The position numbers were made by a program, and so were the translations under genes. From contig JBHGNT010000008.1 of NCBI GenBank assembly GCA_043228905.1, positions 13,640,001-13,704,000 on the forward strand: a stretch of DNA of 64,000 bases, written 5' to 3'. The stretch is from Azolla caroliniana (taxonomy: Eukaryota; Plantae; Polypodiophyta). The notes below the pieces were generated by a model, which was given only the letters and a program-made list of their open reading frames with translations, searched no databases and had not been told where the DNA came from. Within the stretch, counting starts at the first letter, position 1. Every line of letters starts with the position of its first letter. Shown here piece by piece: positions 37,769-51,900 of the stretch.

Positions 37769-38377
37769 TGTAGGGATAGGAACCGGCCACAAGCAGTTGC
37801 TCGTATGCTTATATATAGATATTCGGGTGCAAGGAAACGAGTAAGGTAATACACAAATAGTAGGAAACAGAAAAATACAGAGACATGATATTTAACGTGG
37901 AAAACCCGAAAGGGAAAAACCACGTGGAGTCTACAAACTCCGAACACATCACTATGATGAGAGGAAGTACAATAAGAAACTCTAGGGTAACGACCTCGAG
38001 ATCTTCTTCGTTTGACTGACAAATGGTTACAAAGTTACACACACTAACTCTCACTCGCTTTCTATCTTACAGTTACATAGGCAACTACCATTTGTGTAGC
38101 TATACAACCACTATAATGATTCAACTGGCTTCCATAAAGTTTGCCCTAGTTGTTTTTATACTAAAACAACTTTCAGGTTATTTACAAATATAGCCCACAA
38201 GGGGCATGTTTAGACTATTTACAATTATAGCCCCTCGAATTGGTCATAAAATCAATTTTCAATTTCGATTTCGATTTCGGCCTCGACCGAGTTTACTCAT
38301 CAACTCCATGGGAATCAGTTCTCCCCTTTTTCTCAACTCGAGCTCCACTTCCATCCGGCGGGACTTGTTATCCAACA
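37769..38377 (-). mobile_element. Copia solo LTR (609 bp)
   Basis: tgta...aaca ends with a perfect 5-bp TSD cataa (37764-37768 and 38378-38382). Resembles the 10439 LTR in reverse. Confidence 0.88.
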
Positions 38378-39944
38378 CATAAAACCTCCAAAATCCCACA
38401 CCCCACTCAAAAAATAATAATATGGGAAAACTCCTAAACTCAACCTAGAAGGAGAGACGATAAAACATCAATTGTTTCCAACAAGAGAACCCAAAATACT
38501 GTCACCATTTGAAAACTCTAATTGGAACCATACAAGAAGAAGATGAAACCTCCTCGTCACAATTCAACAAGGATAATAATCTCTCCCACAACTCACAAGG
38601 AAGATGAATAACAAACCCTAAATCTTGACACCAATGAAATCCTAAAATTCCCTAAAATCCTCCGTACTTACATTTACATTTTTATTTTAATCTTCATTTT
38701 TAATACTTTATGTAATCTTGTTTTAGGAGAGATGCGTCGAAGGAGAAGAGGAATGACAAATTTCCTCATCCATTTGACAAGTTGATTGTTTAGGCTAAAC
38801 ACACAAGACTTCTTTCACATGGTTCTCTAAGATTGGAACTTTTGTAGGACTTTTGTTTTCTCATGCAACCTACAAAAGTGTATTCTTGTGTAGACCTAAA
38901 ATGCCACTCCTGACAATTTAACACAAGAAAAGTGCTCTATAAAACTCAGCTCAAGCACGCTTATGTCCTCCTTGAACCTACAAAGTTGCTCTTTCTGTTT
39001 AAGACCGAGGGAATCACTTGCCACTCCTTTCATTAAAACCTTGTCACAAGTCGAAGGGCAAAATTTCTTAGTTTCCCCAATGTCCCACATTTAAGTTTAT
39101 GATTGGAAAAAGCACGAGCAAGATTTGGTAAAGTCGGAAGTTGGACTTCACATCGAAATTTTTAGAGCGGTAGAATTCCAACCCCCATCTTTGGCATTCC
39201 GGTTCAAAGCAAGTATTCCGCCTTCACGACACGTGGCTCATATTCTTGTATGTCGATGAGCTAACACATCCTTGATTATATATATCACATCTCTTGCTAA
39301 TCCTTCGTTTGCGTATTTTTGTTGTTTTCTCATAGATTCATGATGCCGTTTGTGTTAGGGTTAAGTGGGAGGATACAGAGGAGTTGGTTTTTGGTTGAGA
39401 AGCTCATTGGGTTGATTATGGACATATGCAAACGAAAGATAAAACTATATACTTTTTTCATTGTCATGTGTCTCTGGTGATATTGGCGGGCGGTGCCAGC
39501 CCCACATAATAATTGATGATGATGATGACCGATGGCGACTACTATGTATACTATTGCTGCTGACTGTTACTACTACATATAGACTATAGTTATTTGAGGC
39601 CTCTTGTGTCTCCTCCTCCTCCCATGTTTTTCCAATAAACGAAGAAGAAGATATTTTGGGCGCTTTTCCTCCATTTTAACATTTGCGTTTTTTATAGTCC
39701 TTCTTCTCCTATTCCCACTCTCGTTGACCATCCATCCATCCATCCATCGTTGCCATTCCTCAGAAACCCTAATTTCCTTGTCGTTTCTGGCACACACCTA
39801 CAGATAAACCCTACTCAAGGAAACGGACCTTCGATGCCTCTCAATGACGTGGCATGCAACTTTTAATACTTTGATTTGCTTCGCGGACTGATTCTTTTGG
39901 CGATTTCTTCAAAATAACAGGTTTAAGTCAACCATCAGAACATC

Positions 39945-42900
39945 ATGCATTTCGGCAAGCTCGATGACTCCCCAATGTTCAGAAAACAGGTCAGATCCCT
40001 AAGCTTCTCTGCACCTTTTTAGTTCTGAAATATTCTCGTCTCCTTTTCCGAGAATTTCATGCTAGCTTTTGCATCAATGAGCGAATTTGCTGCAAAGGGT
40101 AGGCGAATGTCATGCGAGTAATTTGCATTTTCTGTGGAAGTTTTTATCATGATTTTGCGGCTGATCTATTTAAATCCTATCTTTTTCTGCAATCAAATTT
40201 CTTGCGACTTTACTGCATTTAATATGGGAAGTTTCTGCGGTTTTTTCTTTTGATGTGGAAGAAGTATGACATCAATACAGCATTTTGAGAAATAAAATAT
40301 TTAAAAATTGATGATGTTTAGAAAGTTTTGCGAAAACACCAAAAATATAAGAATTCAGTAGAATGTTTTACATATTTTGGCTGAGTATTTGCTTACATGC
40401 ATGAAATGATAGGAAATTATTCATGAGAATGTACAACATCTGACTCATTTTTTCTGATTTTTTTGCTGTGATTCATATTTCAAACTAGAAACTTCAATGA
40501 TTCAGTTGCCTTCTCCTTGTAAAAGTTAGATAAATAAGGGGGGTATTTTCCTATGTATTTGGACCATTGATGTCAGCAACATTAGATGGCATCCCCATGA
40601 TGATTCTTATGCACGGCTCTATTCAAGCCATCTGATTGAGAGAATTATTTTGATATTTGTCATGACGAAAAGTGTCATGGTGCCCATTCTAAGATGTCCC
40701 TAGGGGTGAGTGCGGTGAGTGTGGACATTGCAACTATAATGTTGTGGGGGAAAAGGGATAAACATGCATAGTAGCCCCTATGTATGAGGGCTACTATATA
40801 AAGGCATGACCTATGGTTGGGAGGATAAGCATTAGCATGCACCCAACATCTTGTCTCACTTCAAAGTGAGTGTAAATTAGCTCGTATGTAACTAATGGTT
40901 CGGATTGCAAACAACGGTATGGGCTCTAACATGTATTTGTGTATGTGGTTTCGCCCTTTGGTGAAGAATATGGTTTTGTTTTATGTGCAACGTATGTATT
41001 ATTATGTGTGTAGCATGAGCCTCCACATTCTCCCCATGTCATGATACTTTGGTGTTGCAAAAATGCCTCATTCATGGAGCAATCTATTGATGCATCATGA
41101 AGCAAGTATAGTGTATCCCATATTCCAAACCATTTTTCTACATTTTTCTACATTTTTCTACAGCTTTTATGTGTGTGAGATCGATAGATAGATTTTTTGT
41201 ATCGTCTTCGGAGGTCAAATATGACCTATGAGACCAAAGCTATAATATTTTCACATAATACATGTGAAAGTGAGTAGCAACTCTCGATGTTCAAGAACTT
41301 TACTAATGAATGCAACAAATGAGAATGTACATTGTGACCGTTAAAGAAATTTGTGCAAGGATTGGGTTTGGTTGAAGATGTGTGGAAAACATTGCTGAAT
41401 GTGATCAAAGGCAGAGCATTGTATCAAAATTTGATACTCAGACTCCCGAACTTGTTTAAGGCAAAGTTTTTGTAGTCGACTACTCTCATACTTGTGCCTG
41501 AATGCTCCATTTCCTATCATAGTGAGTGTGAGCTAAGTCGTTTGGAAAAATGGTTCAGATTATAGACAATGGGAGGGATTCTACCATGTAATCATCTATA
41601 TGGTTTTACCGTTTGGTGAAGGATATGTTTTTTGTAGTTAGGTGCAACATATGTAGTATAATGTGTAGAGAGTGAGCCTCCACATTTTTCCCATGTCAAG
41701 ATACATTAGTGTTGCAAAAAGGCTTATTCACAAAGGAATCTATTGTTGCATCCCATCTTTCAAACCATTATTCTATATCTTGCATCTAGTCGGAACACAA
41801 AATTTTGCTTTTATGTGTCTTTTGGATCTTTAGAGAGATAGATAGATTATATTATCGTCGTCGGAGGTCAAATATGACCTATAAAACCAAAAATATTACA
41901 TTTCACGTGATAAGTGTGAAAGTGAGTAGTGACTCTCGATGTTCAAGAACTTTACCAATGAATGTTGCAATCAAGAGTGCACATTGTGGTTGTGAGAGGA
42001 ATTCATGCAAGGATTGGGCTCGGTCGAAGAGATGTGGAAAGCATGGTCGAATATGATCAAAGCCAGAGCATTGTATCAAAGTATGATACTCAAACTAGCG
42101 AACTTGTTTAGGGCAAAGTGTGCATAGTCGACCACTCTCATCACTTGTGCCCCAACGCCTTGTCTAACATCGCAGTGCATGTGAGCTAAGTTGCATGGAA
42201 GCAATGGTTCGAATGGTAGATAATGGTATGGTCTCTAACATGTATCGATGTGTACGATGTCGCGAAGTTTTGCGCACGTGTGTTACTTGGGCGGGACCAC
42301 AGGGGTCTTGGACTAGGGAGTACTCAAGGGATAGAGAAGACTTGAGGTTTGCTTTATACCAATACTACTTCTCGACCCCTTCTCGAGCAAGGTCTCATTG
42401 CCCTTTGTTTTGTGAGGCTAGTGGCTCTCGTTGATCACGACTCGTCGACCTTTCGAGATCATCGCACGAGCCAAGTGACCAAACGGGTACAAGCAAGATG
42501 AACGCACAAGGGGACGATGACACAAACACGAATGTCCGTACGTCTTTATGAGGAGGAGAGGTGCATGGGCACGCCCGAACGCTCCCTTATCACAAGACGT
42601 CGAACGTACGAGGAAAACACAAAACACACGCACAAATGCTCATACGCCTTTATGAGGAGGAGAGGTGCATGGGCACGCCCGAAACGCTCCCTCGTCACAA
42701 GACGGCCGAATGTACAAGGAAGACACAAACACACACACAAAATGCTCGTACGCCTTTATGAGGAGGAGAGGTCCATGGGCAAGCCCGAACGCTCCCTCGT
42801 CACGAGACGACCGAACGTACAAGGAAGACACAAACACATGCACAAAATGCTCGTACGCCTTTATGAGGAGGAGAGGTGCATGGGCAAGCCCGAATGGTCC

Positions 42901-45900
42901 CTCGTCACAAGACGACCGAATGTACAAGAAAGACACAAGCACACGCACAAATGCTCGTACGTCTTTATGAGGAGGAGAGGTGCATGGGCACGCCCGAAAC
43001 GCTCCCTCATCACAAGACGGCCGAACGTACAAGGAAGACACAAATAAAGAAAGAAGGAGAGAAAGAAACATGAATGATATTGACCAAAGAGATAAATACT
43101 TGTTCGATTCCAACGCAAGAGGACCCTTTATAAAATAGGGTTTTGTTTACAATGGCAACTTATAGTTAACCACAAGCTCAATCAAAACAAAAATACTAAA
43201 TGCCCTTAGAGACAAAAGCAAATCCAAACACGGTGAAGATGAACACACGAGCACCACCAAAATGCCAATCCCAACGAACCACGACCACCCGAACGGCGAG
43301 CACACGGGCTCGCAAGGACGAACGGGGCGGAGCAACATCGAACCAACGAAGTTTGGGCTCACGAGCACTTCGAGTGCCGACGCGAAGAAGACGAGCACAT
43401 GGCGATGGGGGGGATGAAGGGGTATGAGATGAAGAGAAGTGGTGAATAAGAAGATGAAGAGCTCTGAAGGAAAATTGGCGATAGTCTCCTCCTCCCAAAA
43501 CGTCCTCTCGAATGAGCCCCCCTCGACCTCCTTTTATAGAAAAAAAGGAAGGGGGGTCGCCAATTTTGTCTTCAATGAAAAAGGAATAAAATTTCTTAAA
43601 TCACGCTGCACTGTAATACTAGATTTGAACCGTGCACCTCTAGCTAGAAGTCAATGTGACTATCCACTAGCCCATTAACTCTCTCTTGTATAATATATAA
43701 TTCTATCTCTATAAATTCATAGCCTGTCTCCCCTCTACCTTTTATCTCTCCTCTCTCTTACTTTTTGCACGAGCTTCTATACCTCCTTTCCACCCTTTCT
43801 TTTCCTTTTTATTTTGCATATGCACAATTAATCGCTTTTGTGTGCACACACATTGCACATTCACATTTTTGACCCCCCCCTTTCGTCGGTTTTTCCCACT
43901 CTCGAGTACGCCACATCACGACAACGGTTTCCCCGTTCCGCAAAGAATATGGTTTTGTAGTTAGGTGCAACATGTGTAGTATAATGTGTGAAGCGTGAGC
44001 CTCCTCCACATTTGTCCCATGTCATGATACATTGGCGTTGCAAAAAGGCCTCATTTACAGAGGAATCTAGTGATGCATCATGAAGCAAGTGTCTTGCATC
44101 CCATCTACCAAACCATTTTTCTATATCTTGCATCCAACCAAAACATAAAATTTTGCTTTTATGTGTCTTTTGGATCTTTTTGCATGCTTCCCATGCAATT
44201 CTAGGAAGTTGATGTGAGGTTCTTCTCTATGTGATGAGCCAACCATGATGGTTCGATAACTGTTTACATTATTTACATCTCCACCTTTATGTAAAGGTTT
44301 GATCCAATTTGTAGTCCAATCGTACGGCATACCATGTTGCAATGCATCATTAAACATATCGCTTATCTATACATGCAATTCTAGGAAGTTGATGTGAGGT
44401 TCTTCTCTATGTGATGAGCCAACCATGATGGTTCGATAGCTGTTTACATTATTTACATCTCCACCTTTATGTAAAGGTTTGATCCAATTTGTAGTCCAAT
44501 CGTACGGCATACCATGTTGCAATGCATCATTAAACATATCGCTTATCTATACATGTGCTTCTTTTCCCGTCCATTTGAGCATTTCAACCTTTATACATTG
44601 AAGATCGCTTGCCTTTTGAGAGGCCAATTTCTAAGTGCTATGCATATATCTTCAATTGTAAAGAAGGGAGACATGTGAAAGAGAACCATAACACATCATC
44701 TTTTCGGCAAGAGATAACTCATATAAATTCTTACAATGCATAGACAAGTCGTGAAGAGTTAAGTCACCATAACTCTCAACACGTTTCCCCTTCAGATTTC
44801 CCCAAAATTTAGCACATGCATGTGCTTTCTCTTGCGTTTGGATTAATTGTTGAGTAACTTCCCATATTCTTCTCCTTCTTTGAATAAGCCTTTTATACTC
44901 ATGCAAATGCTTTTTGTAATTCTCTTTATCCTTAACTACATCCAAAACCATAAGGCACTTTCGAGCTTCACGACATTCTTTATCAAACCATTTTTCCTAA
45001 GTTTCTTGGTGCATTTTCAAGATGTGCGGTTGGTCAAAAAGCATTTGTTTGTAGATGAGAGAATGACTTTCTTGAAAGCTTCCCATTTGCATTCTAGTGT
45101 GACACCATGTTGTATCTTTATCATTTGTAACATATCCTCAACCATCTTGGAATACAAGTGCGCTTAAGGTTCATGCTCAAGTGCGGTTGTTTATTATCTT
45201 CAATAGCCTTCTCACACTCAAACCTATGTATACATTTTAGATCAATACATAAAGGCCTATGATTGGATTCCGGTGTCCATTCACCAAGTGAGAATTTATG
45301 TATACGATCCAAAATACCTTCGGAAAGTAGCGCATAGTTAATCACACTATTTCCGTTGTGTTTTCTACATGTAAAACCATTAGTGTTGGGCCATAAGGAA
45401 ATACCATTTACAATAAGCAATCCGGTACTATTGCACATTTGTAAGAGTAACTTCCCATATTGGTCCGGATCTTTTTCATCGCTAGAAGAGCGGCTATACA
45501 TTTGCATATCCTCTTGCATCCTTGAGATATGTGGCATGAAAGATTCTTGTGAATCAAGTTGGAAACTTCTTGTACGAGCATTCATGTCACCAAAGACAAT
45601 AACTTCCGCTTTGGATTTGAAATAAGCAATATCATCTTTTAGATTGGCAAAAGTTGATCTTTATCCAAACAAGCATAAAAGTTAGAATCTTGATGAGGAA
45701 TGTAACATTCAACTACAAAAGTGGGCAAATCATTAGGTGTTTCTATTTTGAGCCATATGTAGCATTTATGTTCATCATTTTTTTATGATTGACACATATT
45801 TCTCTATTTCCTTCTTAATCAAACACGCCACCCCTCCTTGTCCTCTTCTTTGTCTTGGATTTTTTTTCCATATTAAAGAGTGTACATTATAGTTTCCTAA

Positions 45901-48900
45901 ACCTTGAATCCTTTGAGTATCATGCTCCCATGTTTCAACAAGAAGTGTGATATCCGAGTCATCAGTGAACTCCTCTATGCCAAATCCCGCATTCCATGGG
46001 TATCCATTGCAATTCCAAAAGCATAGTCGTAAAAGGCTTGGGTTAGTCTCATAGGTCACGTGTCCTAATTTGCCTAGATTTCCATCTTTAGGCACATCCT
46101 TAACCGTATTTTTCAATCTTTCTTCATATGCTTTACGACGAGCATTTTGTTGTGAGATAGTACAATCTTCACTCACAAAGTATTGCGTACCTTTGAGGTA
46201 TACCCAACTATTTTTGAGTATGATCCACCGCATTGTATCATCTGTCATTGTGCATACAATAGGCCTTTCTTCGGAACGAGTAACACCGTGTTTCCCAACT
46301 CGGTGTGCCCCATATACATTCACATTTGACATCCCATAATGCATGCTAAAAAATTCACCAATGGCCTTTCCAAGGGATGTGGGTGTTTCCATACTCTCTT
46401 CTTTAATCCCACGGACGACAATGTTCTTTGATCGTCTTTCATGTTTCTTGAATTCTCGGACATCTATGCTTTCTATATTCTTCTCTTGATGCATCACATG
46501 CATATTAGATGAGTTTGATGCCACATCCCTACCACATACATTGGCCCATGACTTCGTTGTACATACATTTTTCATCTCACTTACATCCCGCCTCATCGTG
46601 TCCAATTTTTCTTCTTTTAATGCTTCCTTTAACTCAATCTTGTTAAGGCGCTCATTTGTTTCGAAATAAGCTCTTTTACATTCTTGAATCTCTTCTTCAA
46701 GTTTTGCAACCACTTGCTTAAGACTTTCATTCTCAATGACAACAATTTGGAGCTTAACATTCTCTTTCATTAACGTCCTAATCTCTTCACCTTGCTTGTT
46801 TATGGTTTCTTGAAGAGAAATCAAGTGACTCAAGCATTTTGTCCATTGCATTGGAATCAAGATTTGTTGGTGACATCGACTCATTATCAATTATAACCCC
46901 GAACTTTGTGGCGACTTTACAATGTTTGCCATTGTAGGGACAAACCCAACAGGAAGAGAGAGACAGAGAGGAAGGGAGAGAGAATGTACCTTTCACTCAA
47001 TTTAGGGCTTCAAAATCTACCTTGCGTTTGAGGAACTGTGGGGCAAAGATGGCTGTGGATGAAAATGCTCATAACTTCTCGCCACAGTAACAGAATTTAG
47101 TAAATGAACATTCTTTAGAAAGCTCTCTGAAAGAGCTTTCCAATGAGCTATAGAACGTAGAAAATGATGGCCGAGTGAACTTACAGAGAGATTACAGAGA
47201 GCTTAGAGAGAGAGAGAGAGAGAATATAGTCTTTTTTATCGTCCACGAGGAACCCATATGGAACCAAATAACCGTATCGTCTTGGATATGATGCCTTCCT
47301 AAGAAGGGTGTAGTAAAAACTCTATGTGAAAATAATGCACACATATGTACTCACCTTCTTGTTGGAGATTTGAGTATGATACTTAAATTATTATGCCTGT
47401 CTAAGAAGTCATCATACTTCTCAAAAATTACCTTATATGCGAGCATGTGCTAAAGTAAGCGATATTCGTCTATCCGCTAGGTTTTCACTGTGTACCTCAC
47501 GTATCTTCATACTTGCATGAATGATGATGCCATGATGCTACCTTAATACCAACCTTGTGTAAGCGAGTTCAAAGAAGTGTTTAAGGCTCTTCGAGAGCCA
47601 AGGCACATTAGAGTAGTAAGATGTGGTCGGATACATTTTGGCATTTTAGCTTGTATTGGGACCGATGTTAAAGGTTAATATTGGCAATGCAATATTCCAA
47701 TTTTGACATTTTAGCATCTTCCTACATCAAATTTCATGCCTCTTGATGATCACATACTTCTTACCAATAGATGTTTTAGTCTCCATCTTTTAAACCATTT
47801 CATAATATGAAGCATCCAGGCAGATGAGAAGATTTTGCTCTTACTAGTTTTTTGTACCAAACCTGTTTTGGGAACTTGTGATTGGGCATATTTATTATTT
47901 TTGTGATATGCTTGGATACTCTTTGCATGGCTAGCGCATGTAGACCCGAGCACATATTTCTAATACAAAACCTCAGCAAGTGACAACATTTGATGGTGGT
48001 GTACGGATCTGTCAGTTCACCTGATTAGAGACTTATGTACATATTATACATCTAATACAAACCCTGTTTTCTTAAAAGAATTACCCACTAAGAGCATTTG
48101 TAAAAGAAAAAGAAGAAGATGGCTCCTCGGTTTATGATAGCCAGGTGTGTTGGGAATGCAATCATGAGCAGATTGAGACGAACGTGTGGAAATAATACCT
48201 TAGAGAGTTTCTTTGAATGCTATTAGTGCAGAGTTGCCCTCTTTTAAAGTTATTTCATATATATCATTCAATTTGAATCTACTGGGCTTGCAGTTATCCT
48301 GATGGGATTTTTGTACAATTAGGATAAGTGCTTTGTAAAAAGTTGGAATTTTTGCCAGCTAGTATCTGCAACCCCTGTATTGTGGATGAGTTTTTGGTTT
48401 AGCTCATTGAACCCTGCTCAAAGAGTGTTGTATCTTATAAATTACTTTCTTTATTTAATTTTCCATTCTGTATTTCACCACATTTCATTGGCTGTGGCTC
48501 ACTGTTTCTGCTTTCGTATTTCTATATTATGATTGATTATGTAACATTCACCATTCTGTGCATATCACATCCATATCAAGCGTCTTGTCTAGAATGGGTT
48601 TCAGTATACTCGGTGTTTATTTGGTGCTTCGAAAGCAATCACAAGCCAAGAAAATGTGTCTCCCCTACGTTCTTCAATTTCCTTCTCTTTTCTAGGTTGT
48701 GTAACAACGTGGTAAACCTATTTAAATAACTTCAGATTTGGATCATTTTCTTTGTTTACTCGACCATTCTTAGATTCTCTCGTCAAGAATAATTGCTTAT
48801 CTATGTTTCATAACACTCTCTAAATGCGCTTATCTAGGTTCTAAACAGTTCCTTACAAGATATATGCAATAATTATGCATCTTTGGATGCAACTTCTAGA

Positions 48901-51900
48901 AATTCTCATAACCCCTCTTCTACAAGTAATAGACCCTGAAACGATTTACCAATAACAGCATTTGAATATCGATAATTTGAATATGAGCTTTGTCAACTTA
49001 ATAGTGATTTTCTGCACGATTCCCATCAAATCGCTTAGAAATGGGATTTAGTGACATAGGTAGATGTGATCTTTGCCTTATGTGCACATGTGTCTCTTTT
49101 TCTATAAAATTATGAATGTCTTCATTTTTTTTACATTTTGATTAGATGTCTTGCAATTTGATGCATTATCATGTACTTGAAACGTAACTAGTTGTTTTCC
49201 ACTCGTGGTGCTTCTTAGGTTTAAGCTTCATGTGCTTTTATCTAATAGCTAATGTTGTGTTTTATACAATCGTAGCTACAAATATTGGAAGAAAATGCAG
49301 AGTTATTGAGAGACCGTTGTCAAAGGTTGCACCAAGGTTGTCGTAAATACACGTACGAATACTATACTTTTTCCTGTAAATTGAGTACCAAGGTCGTTGA
49401 TTGTTTGAGATTGATATGACACAACTCGGTTTTTATTGTTATTTGTAAATTGCATTAAAGTACATATTAAAAAAACTTGGAGCTATATGGATTAAAGTAT
49501 ATTTCAATGTCTAACAATTCTTCATGTCTGCTCTTATCCTTGGAGAATGAATCTGCAACACTAACTATGTTTGCTTAGTTTCATTATTTATTTGTGCATT
49601 CTTATAGTTTTTTCATATCTAGGATTTGCGTACATATTCTAAACAAGTTTTTTATGGTAATCATTTTTTCTTAGTAATTGCATTAATGATCTTGGGATTT
49701 TGAACCAAAAATGCCTCAGGGAACAACTTGGAGAGGCATATGATGGAGATATTGCATTTGCAAGTGCATTAGAAGGCTTTGGTGGGGGCCACGATGATCC
49801 GATTAGTATGGCCGTTGGAGGTTAATTTTGGTCACCCTAGTTCATTTTTTTGTCATTTGTAATTATATATATAAGTTTAAGTGTTCTCTTTGGAGCTTTC
49901 TTGTAGATATTTGATTCACGAAATTACCTTAGCAATATTATGATGTCTATTGGTGAAGTTAGAGGCAATTCACCTTGTGGTTGGGCTAAAACAATTTTAT
50001 AATGATGCAGTGTAGTTGCAATGGTTAGTGATACTGGTTCTTCTGTTTCCAAAGGGTGGTAGAAAACCAACAACATAATAATTCTATATTCTCACCTCCA
50101 GAAATTATTATATAAAGAAAGAAACACCCCTGAAGAGTTTGGACTTATTAAGGCTTAGATTCAAACTCACGAAGCTAGATTGTTCCTGGCCGACGAATTT
50201 GAACCATATTGACCTCAAACAATTGGCCCCTTTTCAATATTTCTTTATTTAAAACAGAGTAAAGAAAATACAGTATATTATATCTTAAACCTAGAGACTC
50301 AGCCAGTAGAAAAACCCTGGTCTAGGCCAAATTTGTCAATTGAAACTGATGCCTGAAACTTCAAGAGCACTCTTCACTACACACAGCATTTATTATAAAC
50401 AATTAAGTGAAATGTTTGCAGATTTTTGGCCTCAAATGTGCCTCTGGTGGCGTAAAACGGAATTTTGAGTTATACATTGGAAAGAGGTTTGATTGAATAA
50501 GATAAGCCTTGCTCATCGAGTCAAGTGTCTGCCTCTTCACAAATATCGTAACCGGCTCATAACGTTTAAAATTTTTAGTTAGGTCCTAACATCCAAATTT
50601 CAAATGACTTTATAGTGGCACAACTTTAGGATTGGTCTCACACCTCTACACATCAAAATCCAATTCTAACTGACTGACCAATTGCAAGCGGATTTGGGGC
50701 CTATCTACCTTGGGGTTAAGAACTGTTGAAGGATTGTGAATTGTTTTGGTTTCATTACAGAGTGCTCTACTTTGATTTTAAAAGTTGAAGAGGCATATGG
50801 AAATGATCTTATGAAATCTATTGGGTATCCTTTGCAACAATTATTCCTATGTTGTAACACTGCTCAATGTGTTAACTCTTAATCTCATGTAGCTTTATCC
50901 CACGAACTCCATGTGAAAATTCCCTTGGAAAAGCAGTCATAGGAATACAAAACCATGTTCTATCTAATTTATTACTGAGATCAAAAGACTGCTCATATGT
51001 TATTTGAACTTCAAAACTTGTTTGACCTAATTTACGTGTTTATGTTTCTAGGTTGCCTCAAACTTCAAAGACTCATTTTATCTTGATTTTGCAGGGCCTG
51101 TTATGAGCAAGTTCACAATTGCTTTACGTGAGATTGGCACATATAAGGAAGTTCTACGCTCACAGGTTGCCTTCCACTGTAGGTTTTATGGAAATGTTTA
51201 TTTCTGATCTATATCTATGACACAATATTGTGTTTCCCTTCCAATGGTCCTTTTCGCAATGGCAAGATGCTCATTCTCATCATATGAAGCTAATTCTCTT
51301 CCTTGAGGCTGCATTAAATGACTTGGAGCTATTTAGACTCATGTTAGGTCTATGGATGATATGTGCAGAAGGGTTGTGTATTGGCACAGATAGAAGGTGT
51401 CATGCTTGATGATTCATGATTAGGTATGGGCCCGGTTTGGTTTCTGTTTGGTTCCATTTCTTGAACTTAAAACCAAACTGAACCATTTATAATAGCAAAA
51501 ACCAAACCAAACCAAATTGTTTAGACCTAAGCAATTTCAACCAAACAGTTTAAGGGAAAGGTGAAATCAAACTGTTTTATGGAATAATTGAAATCAAACC
51601 GAACCATTTATTCACAAATGTAACCAAACTATTTAAGTCAAATTAATTAAACAAAAGAAACATTAAATTAAAAGGCATTTAAGTTAACGTAGTTAAATCA
51701 TTAAACAAAAAGAACATTAATTAAACCATTAGGGAAATAAAAGAAGTTAAACAAAAAAGCAATAAACCATTAAACCAGTAATAAACCCAAATGGTAGAAC
51801 CAGACTGAACTGAAACCAAGCCGTTTAATTATATTTGAAACCAAACCAAACTGTTTAATAAAATTCGAACTGATAAACAACTGTTAGGTAGGGCCCATAG

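Larger units (their letters stand above)
40850..47100 (-). mobile_element. Non-LTR retrotransposon (probably RTEX-like LINE) in intron 1, RT core deleted, 3' end present three times
   Basis: ORF1 coiled coil plus [48 protein letters not shown][D/N]HRPL. RT start PLHKGGD..SYRTI. C-terminal SHALRC..RWG...RLCTLC....EYH.LIQC. gata/atct microsatellite tail near 41835 and 41183. Confidence 0.82.

Noticed and set aside
38700-39100. Possible hAT transposase C-terminal remnant on the minus strand
   Set aside because: Too degenerate to support, and no TIRs were found.
42517-43118. CRISPR-like array or repeat-protein ORFs
   Set aside because: Whole units repeat with no unique spacers, the context is a eukaryotic LTR, and unit lengths of 104-106 bp shift the frame.
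49980-50860. Possible solo LTR in ArfGAP intron 3
   Set aside because: Could not identify matching termini or a TSD.
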